Source: a bacterium (GTDB taxonomy: Bacteria; SZUA-182; DTGQ01; JAFGSM01). From it: a DNA stretch of 64,000 nucleotides. A program made the translations under genes and the position numbers. The stretch is taken from assembly GCA_049472315.1 (NCBI GenBank), contig JBLIRN010000001.1, positions 160,001-224,000 on the forward strand, given 5' to 3'. A model generated the notes under the pieces. That model was given only the letters and a program-made list of their open reading frames with translations. It did not search any database and had not been told where the DNA came from. Positions 30,373 through 40,483 of the stretch are shown piece by piece (the stretch's first letter is position 1; every line of letters begins with the position of its first letter).

Positions 30373-31143
30373 TTACCCCTGACGAGACATGATAAAGGAT
30401 TTGATCTGTTTTTTGTTCACCTGGGTCACGTGTGAAAAACATACCCCGAGATAGCGCCACGGCTCTGAGCTGTTGAACCGCTCCCAGCGGATTTCCCCCT
30501 CGATATTGAGCGGCGTGGTCGAAGTGGGGAGCAGGATATTGAGATACACAAACTCCGAGAGCTTCGCCCTGAAATCGGCCCGAAACATGATCCCTTCCTG
30601 ACTCATATTCACGGTCTTGGATACGTTCTCCTCGGAGGGGATATTCCCCAATGGTGAAACGAAGGTATATTTGATAGGGATATCTGCAAGTACCCGGAAA
30701 TACCTCCTTCGTTCCTTTGGGATTGACCGTTCTTCATGGAGAGGGAACTGCGACCCCCTTCGCTGTGACTTTTCTTCCTCGATTCTGTCCAATAGGGTGG
30801 GCAGGTTTTCGAGCAGGAGGGGTTTCAAGAGATAATGATGCATCTTCTTGCCGGTCACACAGTGTTTGTCGATGTCGCAATTCGGATGGAAGAGAAAGAC
30901 CACCTCGGTGGCGGGATTCATCCCCTTGATCTCTTCCGTAGTGAGAACATCATCTTCCTGATCGAATTTTGAGATGCTCAGGAGGACGAGATCATACTGT
31001 ATCCTCTGAAGCATCTGACGAGCCGTATTTGACTGGGTGGCGGAATCGACGTAATGTCCATCCATCAGTAAGTAATTACAAAGATAGTCCCTGAAGTTCG
31101 CATCTCCGCTAACCACAAGAATAAACAGATCTCCCATGAGCAT
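30373..31143 (-). CDS. Pseudo-receiver plus PilZ domain protein
   Basis: REC-like N-terminus (ILVVSGD, DLVLLS, YLLKP); PilZ RRRYFR and NMSQEG motifs. Confidence 0.85.
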   Translation of the reverse strand: MLMGDLFILVVSGDANFRDYLCNYLLMDGHYVDSATQSNTARQMLQRIQYDLVLLSISKFDQEDDVLTTEEIKGMNPATEVVFLFHPNCDIDKHCVTGKKMHHYLLKPLLLENLPTLLDRIEEEKSQRRGSQFPLHEERSIPKERRRYFRVLADIPIKYTFVSPLGNIPSEENVSKTVNMSQEGIMFRADFRAKLSEFVYLNILLPTSTTPLNIEGEIRWERFNSSEPWRYLGVCFSHVTQVNKKQIKSFIMSRQG

Positions 31144-31328
31144 TCATCTCCTCTGAATTCCGTCATATGCGACGTGCTTTTTGGCAATGGATAGGGGCGG
31201 CTTGCGCCGCCACCCCGATTCAAAGAATCGGCCTACCCATTGGGGGGGGATTCGAAATGTCTTTTATATCTGAATATTGTCTCTTAATCTATTCTTTCCC
31301 CCTAGATCTTTATTCAGTTTTTATAATT

Positions 31329-31344
31329 TGCATATGCTGTACCA
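31329..31344 (-). promoter_or_regulatory. Probable sigma54 -24/-12 promoter
   Basis: TGGTAC-AGCAT-ATGCA (GG-N10-GC kept, two mismatches) upstream of 31143. Confidence 0.5.
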
Positions 31345-31597
31345 GATCACAAATACCAAGGTATTTTTTTCGTACAGCGCTATAAGTCTTTATAATATTT
31401 GATGTTTTCTGTTGCCTGTGACCATGCGACTGGTACTGCACACGGCTCCATCGGACATGGCTTCGCGGAATGATAGAGCGGAAGGTTTATGCGCCTGATG
31501 GCGGGCCAGAGATAACACGTTAAAAAATAACAGCTTATATGGACTCCTATGACGGCATAAAAGAAATGATCATTTTAAAAGAATTTATGAATGGTTT

Positions 31598-32599
31598 CTA
31601 CATACCTCGGGCACGACGTCGCTCTTCGGGATCAAGTATATGATGCTTGCGGATGAAGTAGCTTAGATTCCGTTGGTCGATCCCGAGAAGCTGTGCTGCA
31701 CGGCATTTTACCCAGTCAGCCTTGTTAAGGGCCTTCAAAATGAGTTGTCGCTCGTAGGTCCTGAGCCTCCTCTTGAGGTTGAAATCCTCCAGCTCATTCG
31801 AGTCGTGATGATTATATCCATGCTGGAAGATATGGTGCGGGAGGGACTGGAGCTGGATAAGGTCGGAATTCTCGATTATTACCGCATGTTCTATTGCATT
31901 TTTCAATTCCCTGACATTACCGGGCCATTCATAGTTCATCAATGCATCCATGGCCTCATTGCTGATTCCCCGCATACTCTTTTTGGTCTCATAGTTCTCA
32001 AATTCGATGAAATTCTTCACCAGCAGCGGGATGTCATCCTTTCGCTCCCTGAGCGCAGGGAGAAATATGGTTATTACGCCAAGCCGATAAAAGAGATCCT
32101 CCCGAAAGGCACCCTGTTGAACCGCCCTTTTGAGTATCACATTGGTGGTGGCGATCACCCTCACGTCAACCGGGATAGGGATGGAAGTGCCAACCGAGAC
32201 AATCTCATTCTCCTGAAGGACCCGCAGCAGCTTTGCCTGCCCTGAAAAGGACATGTTTCCGATTTCATCCAGGAGTATGGTACCACCGTTCGCCAGCTCA
32301 AATCTTCCCTTTCTGCTCTCGCACGCACCGGTAAACGCGCCCTTCTTGTGCCCGAAGAGTTCACTCTCGAGGAGCGTTTCACTGAGCGCAGCACAATTGA
32401 CCTTGATAAAGGGCCTGTTATTTCTCCTGCTGCTCGCATGGATGGCATTCGCCACGAGTTCCTTGCCAGTCCCGCTCTCGCCTTGGACCAATACGGTGGA
32501 ATCCGTTCTTCCCACCATCTTGATCAACCGGCATACCTCGCGAATCTTTGTATTTTTGCCAAGGATATTGCTGACCTCACATTCGAGACTGACGGGCAT
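31598..32599 (-). CDS. Sigma54-dependent enhancer-binding protein (AAA+ plus Fis-HTH, no sensory domain)
   Basis: GESGTGKE, ESELFGHKKGAFTGA, LDEIG, FREDLFYRL, WPGNVRELKN, C-terminal HTH; ATG 32599 has AAAGGGGG RBS. Confidence 0.93.
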   Translation of the reverse strand: MPVSLECEVSNILGKNTKIREVCRLIKMVGRTDSTVLVQGESGTGKELVANAIHASSRRNNRPFIKVNCAALSETLLESELFGHKKGAFTGACESRKGRFELANGGTILLDEIGNMSFSGQAKLLRVLQENEIVSVGTSIPIPVDVRVIATTNVILKRAVQQGAFREDLFYRLGVITIFLPALRERKDDIPLLVKNFIEFENYETKKSMRGISNEAMDALMNYEWPGNVRELKNAIEHAVIIENSDLIQLQSLPHHIFQHGYNHHDSNELEDFNLKRRLRTYERQLILKALNKADWVKCRAAQLLGIDQRNLSYFIRKHHILDPEERRRARGM

Positions 32600-32954
32600 G
32601 AGCTTCCCCCTTTGGTACACCAAAATTAATGGTAATACATTGCTTACAGTGTTCCTATGTGCTCCATACACGCTCAAACATAATCGATGATACTTTGTAA
32701 CTTGAAGTATTCCTATGGGCTCTGTGACTTATCAGGCAACATACTTATAGTACATTCATTCACTCTAATTGGTGGCTTCATATCTCTTCAAAAAATTAAT
32801 TAATACATGTATCCCTTACTGAACACTATCACCTTTTATAAATGTATAAACATGGACAATTGTGTAGACATCATTATCATTTTTATATGATGTAATTTTT
32901 TAAAATCCTGCCAATCATAATCAACAACATTCTTACATTTTCTCTTATAGCTTA

Positions 32955-32970
32955 AGCAATAAAAATGCCA
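32955..32970 (-). promoter_or_regulatory. Sigma54 -24/-12 promoter upstream of the activator gene
   Basis: TGGCAT-TTTTA-TTGCT on minus strand. Confidence 0.7.
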
Positions 32971-33007
32971 AACAGCAGAAGGAATTTGCGTAGTTAACTT
33001 ACTGATA

Positions 33008-33020
33008 TATCAGCAAATTG
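33008..33020. promoter_or_regulatory. Putative IHF site
   Basis: TATCAG-CAAA-TTG matches WATCARNNNNTTR, lying between the sigma54 motif and an inverted repeat. Confidence 0.4.
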
Positions 33021-33225
33021 ATTTGTTGTTATAATTGGATATTGGTATCTGTTTACATTATGCGCAAAAATATGCGCATATCTTGATTTTTATGGATGGG
33101 TCATACTCTAAGGGATGATAAAAGTGAACGGGCTATGATACGGTCTAATGCAGAGGTGCATGGATCAAACGGAGATTGCTATAAGATGCCCCGCTAGTCA
33201 CTATGCCGGGCGAACCCAAAAACCT

Positions 33226-33262
33226 AAAAAAAGGGCGGCGGGTTTGCTGTTCCCGCCGCCCT
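33226..33262 (-). terminator. Intrinsic terminator after 1772-aa gene
   Basis: AGGGCGGCGGG...CCCGCCGCCCT stem followed by T-run on minus strand. Confidence 0.85.
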
Positions 33263-33301
33263 CTGTGTGTGCCCTATCAGAAATACACGAGGGACGCCCT
33301 A

Positions 33302-36300
33302 TCAGTAGAAGAGGAGGTCGTCAACGGCGATCCTCCCGCCGATCCAGATACGCTCGACCGAACTGGCGCCTACACCGGCGAATATGCTGTTCATGACCGT
33401 ATCGAGGTTCCGCTCGATGGGCTGCCATTCTCCGTTGGTGAGACCAGGGCCGAGGAAGTAGTAGGCATAATTGCCCCGGCGATATTCATAGGTGCCGGCG
33501 GTGCCGCCGTTCACGAATCCTATCGTAAAGGGCAGTCCCAGGGTGTCTTCGATGTCCACCCAGATGACGAAGTTGCTGCTCGTCTTTATCCTGCAGCTCA
33601 TGCCGGTCACATCGGTCACCGTGGTGATATCCCTGTACACGTTGTACCTGTCGGGATAACCACCGGACGGATTGAGCTTCATTACATTGCTCTGGACAGC
33701 ATTGTCCGGCTCTGCAGTGAGAGAGACGTTGGGGTCGTCGGGATAGAGCGACCACCCGGACGTATCGTCGAAGGTGTCAAGCTCCTTGAATGCCCGGGGT
33801 GTGGCGGAGACCGACACGCCCCTGCTCTCTTCGCCCTCGACCACCTGCACGACGGTAAAGGTGTATTTCGTATTATTGTCCAGGTTGCTCCTCGTGTAGG
33901 TGAAGTTGTTCGTATCAGTGATCTGGTAGATCACCATGTCCGGATCAACGAGGTTCGTATCGATGAAGAGCTTCGTATTGTCGATCTTATTGGGATCGAC
34001 AACGGTCCAGCTCAGGGTCATGGTCTCGTCTCCGGCACGCGCGGTCAGGTTTTGCACATCAGGCACACCCTCGCCGAGTGCAATATCGTCGGCGTCGAGA
34101 GTCCCGCGCAGGAGCACGCCGAGCAGGTTATCGAAACCAACCGCATCATTCGTTGCTGAACGGAGGTCCTCATCCAGATTCCTCTGGATGGAATACCACT
34201 CGGTCGCGCTCTTGCCGCTCCAGGCCAGTTGACACTTGTACCAACCGGTCTGCTCCTTGACGAGAGCCGTATCCGCAGTGAGATTCGTATTCCCCTGGTA
34301 ACTCAGGAAGTAGCCCTTGCCGTCCGTGCCTCTGACATAGGCGTCAACCCTGAAGGCACCATTCGACCTGATCCGCATGCTGAGCACCGGGTTGGCGAAC
34401 TCTTCAGGACTGCTCAACCACTTGGTGACAATGTAGTTGAGTCCGGAGCTGCTCGTCAATTTCAGGAAGTTATTGTTGTCTTCAGCCTTCCGCGCGATGG
34501 AGCCGTTTCCCTGCAGCCTGTACCATCCCCTTTGCAGCAGGCTCTCTCCGGCTGTATAGCCGGCATCGAAGTCATCGACCAGTGTTGTGGTCGGGGTGAT
34601 CAGGGTGATTGAGACCATTCTCCCATCGGAACGGTTTTCCGGTGAGGCCGTATCCACGGCCTTTAGCGTGAATGCATAGGTGTTGTTATAATCCAAGGGA
34701 TTGAAGTTTCCATCCTTGGTGATGTAATAGGTGAAGTTGCCCTGCGCATCCGCTTTGCTTGCAGAGACCAGTTCCTTCACGCAGCTGTCGCATCCACCGG
34801 AGACACAGTCGCAGTAGTACACATAGTAACCCTTTAGATCCTGGTGTTGACCTGCCGGGTTCTTCCAGGTGAGCTTGATTCTCCGGAACTCCTGCTCGGC
34901 CTGGATGTTTTCTGGCGGCAGGGGTATGGTGGCCTGCGGCATCGCGCTTATCCTCATCCCACCACTCTCGTTCGGCGTAGGCTTGCTATCAAAGGCGGTC
35001 ACCATGAAATGATAGGTGAGTCCATTGGACAGCCCGGTGGCCGAATAGGAGGTAGCGGTCTTGGCAACGCTCCCGATTCGATTCACAGGATCCTTCGCAG
35101 GGGGTTCACCCTGTTTCCTATATATATAGTATCCCGCAATATATTCGGACTGTTCTGCGGGAAGCTGCCACTGCAGTGACACCTGGTTCTCATTCCCCTG
35201 GGCCGTGAGATTGACCACGTCCTTGAGGGGCGGGGGAGGCGCCGCGGATGAAACGGTGATGTTGTCGATATAGTCGACGTCGCCCCGCAACAGGATGCCC
35301 TTGAGATAGTGATACCGGTAACCGGTCGCCTTGAAAAGGTCCTCATCCATGTTCCTGCTCACCGTCTTGCCGTTCGGGTCGATGAACTGCGCACCGATCT
35401 TGCAGGTCACATATCGTCCGGAAACGCTGCACTCATTTGCCGGATCCTGGGGCACGTAGCGAATGAAGAAGTTGGATTCAGTGCTTCCCTTTACCGCATT
35501 CACATAGGCATCGAAGTAGTACAGGTTCGTGTCCTTGATGAAGAAGTTGATCTTCGGGTAATCGGCGTTGAACACGTTGGTCGATATCGACTTGGTGATG
35601 ATGTAGTTGAGCTGGCTGTTGTTCGAGGGCGTGGTCTTCAGCTTCGACTGGAGATAGCGGTTCACACGGGAATTGGCATCAATCTCCTGCTTTTTGAGCA
35701 TCTCACCTGAACCCTGCAGCCAATACCAACCCTTCGCAGTGAGACTAATCGTATATTCAAAGTCATCCACCGTGGTCGCCGGGATCTGGATGACGAAGGT
35801 GACCAGTTTCTCGGCACTCTTGTTGGGGGTGCCGCTGTCGGTGACCACGAATTTCACCTTGAGCATGCCCGCCGTGCCGTATCCGAAATCAACCGAAGAG
35901 CTGTCGATCGGCGGCGTTATGGTAAGCACGGGCGGCGTTGCGCCGGCATCAAAGTCCAGCCACTCCTGTACCTGTGAGTCATTGGGATCAGCGTAGTTCG
36001 GATCGAGGGTAAAGACAAGCGGGGTATCTCCGTCCGGATCGCTTGCGATCACCTCCACTACTAAGGGCTGCCCCTCGCTACAGAGCTGCTCCTCGCCGCT
36101 CGGGCTCGTATTGATGGTCGGCGGCTGATTGTTGATGTATACATCCGCCGAATTTACGCTAATCGGGGTCGTCCCGTCCGTGGCGGTCACCGCGCAGTAC
36201 CAGGTCTCGTCCTGGTCGGTCAGGGCTGCCTGCAGGGTGAAGCTGGTTGCAGTAATCGATCCGGATGGCACCGACGTTTTCTTGCCGCCCTTCTCGAACC

Positions 36301-38620
36301 ATTCATAGGTGTATTGAATGGTATCGATCCCGTCGGTCACATCCTGGTCTGCGGGCACGGTGGTCACCGTGCACACCAGGCTGTTGTCGTCGGTGGCATT
36401 GGGGCTCGGCGTCACCTGCACGGCAAGCCCTGTTGGTGCCGTGTTCCCGATGTTGACTGCTGTAGCGGTCGCCGAACCCGCGCTGAAGACGCCGGAGCCG
36501 TCCTTGGCCCTCACTGCGCATGACCACGAATCGTTCTTTCGGGTATTGCTTGAGCTCAGGGTGTCGGTAGTTACCCCCTGTGCCGAGGTGTGAACCACAG
36601 GGGTCTTTCCCGAACAGGACCAGGTGAACTCATACTGTATGATGGAGACATCCTCCGGGTCTATATCCACGGGCGACGCCGGGCTCACGGTACAGGTAAG
36701 ATTCTGTCCGGAGGTTGCCGGCGACGGTGCAATGGACGCACCCGCAGGGGTATTCGGAGCGGTGTTGTTTATGGTCGCGGAGTTCGAGCTCACCTGAGTC
36801 GAGCTTGCCGCTTCACCGTCCCACGCCCGCACCGTACATGTCCATACATGGCCCTTTCCGGTCTCGGAATCGTCAAGCGTATCGGAAAGCTCGGTTTTGG
36901 GTCCATGCTCGATGGATGCCTTCCCTCCGCAGTTGGTGCAGGACCATACGTAGTAGTAATCAAGCGGCGAATCCTCAGGATCGGCATCAGTTGACGCGGT
37001 CCCGATGGTACAGGTGATGTCCTGGGTGGTGTCCGTGCTCGTCGGACTGATGGTGACATTTCCGGGTTTGGTGGGCACCGAGTTCATCACGGTCACCGGG
37101 TCCGAATTCACCGCAGGCGCGGAACCATCCTTGTCCTTCACCGTCACACGGCAGTAGTACTGCTTACCCTTGTCCGTCTGCGATATGGGCAGGGTATTGG
37201 TAAACTCAGTGCTGTCTGTGACCGTGACGATGCTCGTGCTGTTTTCAAACCACTCGTAATCGACCAGGAGCGTATCAGCAGGATCGGGATTGTAAATCGA
37301 ACCTGAATTCACTGTACAGATAATCGGATCATCGGTGTCCGGCTCCGCAGGCCCGATGGTAGGCTTATCCGGTTGAGTCGGAGGGCCGTTCAGGGCGATC
37401 AAGGTAAATCTCGCTTGATCCTGGACGCCATCCGCATCCGTCGCCGTGATTTGAATCTCCCGATGAAATCCGCCTGTTGGTGATGGCCATACGATCTGGA
37501 CGCAGTTCGCATCCACAGTCTCAATGTCCATACCGCTTGGCTGCCCGCTCAGGGTAATCGTGACAGCGGCCCCCTCGGGATCGTAGGCGCATACCTGCAG
37601 AGGAAGCCTGCTGCTATAATAGGCCGGGATATCCGTATTGTACGGATCATTCATATCTTTTTCAGGGAGGACAATCTCTGGAGGCTGATTGCCATAAAGG
37701 ATATATTGATTTATTACCCCTTCACTGCATGAGGCGGGCGGATTAGGCACACTGAAATTCAGCAGGCAACCGCCGTCCGGGTAGCTGCTGGCTGAAGTTT
37801 CTATAAAATCGGCGGGATACGTAGTTGAAATTTTACGCTGACCCAGGCCGATACCGGGGACAAGACCGCCCAATAGTATAATGTTCATCGACTTGTCTGT
37901 AATGGTGGTCGACGTCCAATCCAGGTAATCACCTGTTGCATTACGGATAAACAACGGAAAGTTTATCAAAATGAGATTTCCCAGTCCCAGGCTGTTATCC
38001 GGCCACCCGTTTTTATCGGTGCTCGATCGATACGATACCGGATACTTGGCACCCACATCTGCGATGATTACAATATTGTCGAGCGCATTTCCGGTATCCG
38101 GATGAAGCACCGAAAGGGCCAGCTTTGCATTCCATGTCTGCGGTGACTGCTTTTCTATAGCGGTCTTCACAGAAAGCAGTGGCGCGGAAGCAGGATAGTA
38201 GTACGTGGAGGTATCGGTAAACGATCCTGTGGCCTTGCCGGTGGAAACAGTGCGCACATAGTATGTTGTCGCGGGCTGCAGGCCGACTACATCAACCTGC
38301 ATAACGCCCCTATCCTGAGCGGTTGGGGAATCATTTGTTATTTCATATATCTCCGGCGCCGGAGACACCGGAGTGGTGCCGTCTGCATTCGCATAGACCT
38401 CAACCGTGCACGTGCTGGGTGTGTCAACCTGCCAGACAACGCTGAATCCTACAGGGGTTACGTTATAAAAATAGATACCTTCGTTACCGCCGACAGGTGG
38501 CCCCGCTACGGCCAGGTTTGAAAAACCTATGGCGAACATTAAGAGAATAATACAGCAAAAGCTCTTTGAAAAAAGGGTGCTGACCTTTTTTCGCCCCCAA
38601 TATCTTTCACAGGACATCAT
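33302..38620 (-). CDS. Large secreted multidomain protein (FN3-like and Ig-like repeats, repeated DDF modules), 1772 aa
   Basis: Signal peptide; FN3 signatures GLQPATTYY, GLSNGLTYHF, NLDNNTKYTF; ~105-aa Thr/Ser/Pro-rich Ig-like repeats. Confidence 0.85.
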   Translation of the reverse strand: MMSCERYWGRKKVSTLFSKSFCCIILLMFAIGFSNLAVAGPPVGGNEGIYFYNVTPVGFSVVWQVDTPSTCTVEVYANADGTTPVSPAPEIYEITNDSPTAQDRGVMQVDVVGLQPATTYYVRTVSTGKATGSFTDTSTYYYPASAPLLSVKTAIEKQSPQTWNAKLALSVLHPDTGNALDNIVIIADVGAKYPVSYRSSTDKNGWPDNSLGLGNLILINFPLFIRNATGDYLDWTSTTITDKSMNIILLGGLVPGIGLGQRKISTTYPADFIETSASSYPDGGCLLNFSVPNPPASCSEGVINQYILYGNQPPEIVLPEKDMNDPYNTDIPAYYSSRLPLQVCAYDPEGAAVTITLSGQPSGMDIETVDANCVQIVWPSPTGGFHREIQITATDADGVQDQARFTLIALNGPPTQPDKPTIGPAEPDTDDPIICTVNSGSIYNPDPADTLLVDYEWFENSTSIVTVTDSTEFTNTLPISQTDKGKQYYCRVTVKDKDGSAPAVNSDPVTVMNSVPTKPGNVTISPTSTDTTQDITCTIGTASTDADPEDSPLDYYYVWSCTNCGGKASIEHGPKTELSDTLDDSETGKGHVWTCTVRAWDGEAASSTQVSSNSATINNTAPNTPAGASIAPSPATSGQNLTCTVSPASPVDIDPEDVSIIQYEFTWSCSGKTPVVHTSAQGVTTDTLSSSNTRKNDSWSCAVRAKDGSGVFSAGSATATAVNIGNTAPTGLAVQVTPSPNATDDNSLVCTVTTVPADQDVTDGIDTIQYTYEWFEKGGKKTSVPSGSITATSFTLQAALTDQDETWYCAVTATDGTTPISVNSADVYINNQPPTINTSPSGEEQLCSEGQPLVVEVIASDPDGDTPLVFTLDPNYADPNDSQVQEWLDFDAGATPPVLTITPPIDSSSVDFGYGTAGMLKVKFVVTDSGTPNKSAEKLVTFVIQIPATTVDDFEYTISLTAKGWYWLQGSGEMLKKQEIDANSRVNRYLQSKLKTTPSNNSQLNYIITKSISTNVFNADYPKINFFIKDTNLYYFDAYVNAVKGSTESNFFIRYVPQDPANECSVSGRYVTCKIGAQFIDPNGKTVSRNMDEDLFKATGYRYHYLKGILLRGDVDYIDNITVSSAAPPPPLKDVVNLTAQGNENQVSLQWQLPAEQSEYIAGYYIYRKQGEPPAKDPVNRIGSVAKTATSYSATGLSNGLTYHFMVTAFDSKPTPNESGGMRISAMPQATIPLPPENIQAEQEFRRIKLTWKNPAGQHQDLKGYYVYYCDCVSGGCDSCVKELVSASKADAQGNFTYYITKDGNFNPLDYNNTYAFTLKAVDTASPENRSDGRMVSITLITPTTTLVDDFDAGYTAGESLLQRGWYRLQGNGSIARKAEDNNNFLKLTSSSGLNYIVTKWLSSPEEFANPVLSMRIRSNGAFRVDAYVRGTDGKGYFLSYQGNTNLTADTALVKEQTGWYKCQLAWSGKSATEWYSIQRNLDEDLRSATNDAVGFDNLLGVLLRGTLDADDIALGEGVPDVQNLTARAGDETMTLSWTVVDPNKIDNTKLFIDTNLVDPDMVIYQITDTNNFTYTRSNLDNNTKYTFTVVQVVEGEESRGVSVSATPRAFKELDTFDDTSGWSLYPDDPNVSLTAEPDNAVQSNVMKLNPSGGYPDRYNVYRDITTVTDVTGMSCRIKTSSNFVIWVDIEDTLGLPFTIGFVNGGTAGTYEYRRGNYAYYFLGPGLTNGEWQPIERNLDTVMNSIFAGVGASSVERIWIGGRIAVDDLLFY

Positions 38621-38776
38621 GAATCCCCCTTTCGCAGGAAAGAATCTCTATTTATTTTTCATCTCTCATAGTTCTTCTTTATCTAATCATTATAATCTAA
38701 TAATTATTTCAGCAACCAAAATCCTTTGTATTTTTGATAACTTAATAAAATATTTTATATTACCTCCCTGGAAAAA

Positions 38777-40231
38777 TTATTCTGCCGAGAAAGGATCCCA
38801 ATTCGCAACATTATTCGCATCACTTGTAAGTTGCACAAAATAAAACTTTGTATTCGACATAGGCAATGCTTGAGGAGTAATCTGCCCCAGGCTTCTTGTG
38901 GTGGGTTTCCATATCTTGTTCGTTGCATCATAATACCAGACATTGATTACCTTTGCGGTACCCGCCCCTCCTCCTACAGGCGCCGGCGCCTCAATATCGA
39001 GAAAGAAATTTTTTGTCATGTAATACGCCGGTATCTGAGGGATTGCAACTGCATTAAGTCTATTGTTAACAAGGTTGATTTTAAGCGAGTTGGGCTTGCC
39101 ATAAAAGATTATCTCGTTGGTCATTGAGGAACTCATCTGAACAAAGCAGGCGTCGCCTGCATCAAGGGTTATATTATCAGGAACAATTTTCCCCAGGCTT
39201 CTCTGGGTTGGAGTCCAAAAACCATTTTGATATTTATATATTGCGGTCACGATTGTTGCCCCGCCATGAGCAGCCTCAATCGCCTCGAAAAGGTTCTTCG
39301 TTGTGTATCCATCGGGAGCATCAAATGGCAGGGTGAACATATTCAACCCTTGAGCAAAGCGGAAGCTTGCCGAGACCATCGGCATCATGATGGGCTCCCC
39401 GTTCACCTTGTCAATCGATTCCACCCGGCCCCAGCTGACCACAAAATCATCCGCTCCTTTGCCCAATATCGCCTGGGCCCCGCATACGATGGTGAACCTG
39501 ATCATCTCCGCCCCTTGGAGTTGCAAAGGAAATTTATAATTGTCCCCTGACGCGGATCCGCCGAAAAGATTGTTCATTTCAATAAGGGCATAGTGTTTAT
39601 ATGAGGGATTGTTGGGATCGTAGGTCGTAGAAGCTCCCCCCGGCAATCCATCGCCGACCCACGCAGAAACCGGGTAATCGCTGAGCGGGGTGGTACCAGT
39701 GGAATCATAGATATCCGCGAGCACCACGGCACCGAGCGCAGGGCTCGTACCGTCGGCCTTGTAGACTGCCTTGTGCAGCACATCATTGCTCACGATGTCG
39801 TGGTCATTCGGGTCGTTCGACGCCAGGCCCCTGAGGCTTTCAGTGGTTACCTGACTGTAATGGAAAGGAGTTCCGCTGTTCTGGGTGACCCCGAAATAAT
39901 AAGTCGTGCTATAATCCAGCCCTACAACGCTTACCTTGGCAATCCCGAAATCCTTCCCATCCTCTCCGGATTGGCCGGCAGCGGTATCTATAATGATTTG
40001 ATTGGGATTTAAGGCGACCTCGGTACTATGGCTGCCATCGGTATACAGTTTGATGCCGCAGCTTGTATACGTCCCCCCGGTCGTCCAGACCACGCTGAAC
40101 ATCTTGGTGGTCACGTCGCAGATGCGCGGCGGCTGAAGGGTTGCGGCATTGACCTGCGTCAGGAAAAAAAGAAAGGGTGAAATAGCGGCAATTACAAAAA
40201 AAATCCTCTTCCATCCCCTCGGGCAACTCAT
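38777..40231 (-). CDS. Secreted protein with FN3-like N-terminal domain related to the 1772-aa protein
   Basis: Signal ending VNA; DVTTKMFSVVW and VVGLDYSTTYYF; GAAAGGAGG RBS. Confidence 0.8.
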   Translation of the reverse strand: MSCPRGWKRIFFVIAAISPFLFFLTQVNAATLQPPRICDVTTKMFSVVWTTGGTYTSCGIKLYTDGSHSTEVALNPNQIIIDTAAGQSGEDGKDFGIAKVSVVGLDYSTTYYFGVTQNSGTPFHYSQVTTESLRGLASNDPNDHDIVSNDVLHKAVYKADGTSPALGAVVLADIYDSTGTTPLSDYPVSAWVGDGLPGGASTTYDPNNPSYKHYALIEMNNLFGGSASGDNYKFPLQLQGAEMIRFTIVCGAQAILGKGADDFVVSWGRVESIDKVNGEPIMMPMVSASFRFAQGLNMFTLPFDAPDGYTTKNLFEAIEAAHGGATIVTAIYKYQNGFWTPTQRSLGKIVPDNITLDAGDACFVQMSSSMTNEIIFYGKPNSLKINLVNNRLNAVAIPQIPAYYMTKNFFLDIEAPAPVGGGAGTAKVINVWYYDATNKIWKPTTRSLGQITPQALPMSNTKFYFVQLTSDANNVANWDPFSAE

Positions 40232-40467
40232 TGGATGGATCCTCCTTTCATTCGCTTGAAATTGTCAACAATTTCGGATTACGTATAGACCAGCTATCCG
40301 AAATTGACGACTTACGTAAGAAATTACTTACTCCCCATCCGCGCCCTCGAAACGCATACAATCTATTTATCTGTGGCGCTGGATGCCGGAGCATTCAATT
40401 ATGTATCACATTTGTTCTGTTGTATCGTTTCCCCCCTTGGTATACGGTTTCACGTAATAGATAATGA

Positions 40468-40483
40468 AGCAAGATTAGTGCCA
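40468..40483 (-). promoter_or_regulatory. Sigma54 -24/-12 promoter
   Basis: Consensus TGGCAC-TAATC-TTGCT on minus strand upstream of 40231. Confidence 0.8.

Noticed and set aside
38711..38725. AGGATTTTGGTTGCT as a sigma54 promoter for the 1772-aa gene
   Set aside because: GG-GC spacing is 9 rather than the required 10
25259..40483. Accessory block as a mobile genomic island
   Set aside because: No integrase, transposase, tRNA border or flanking direct repeat seen; related genes occur at a second locus
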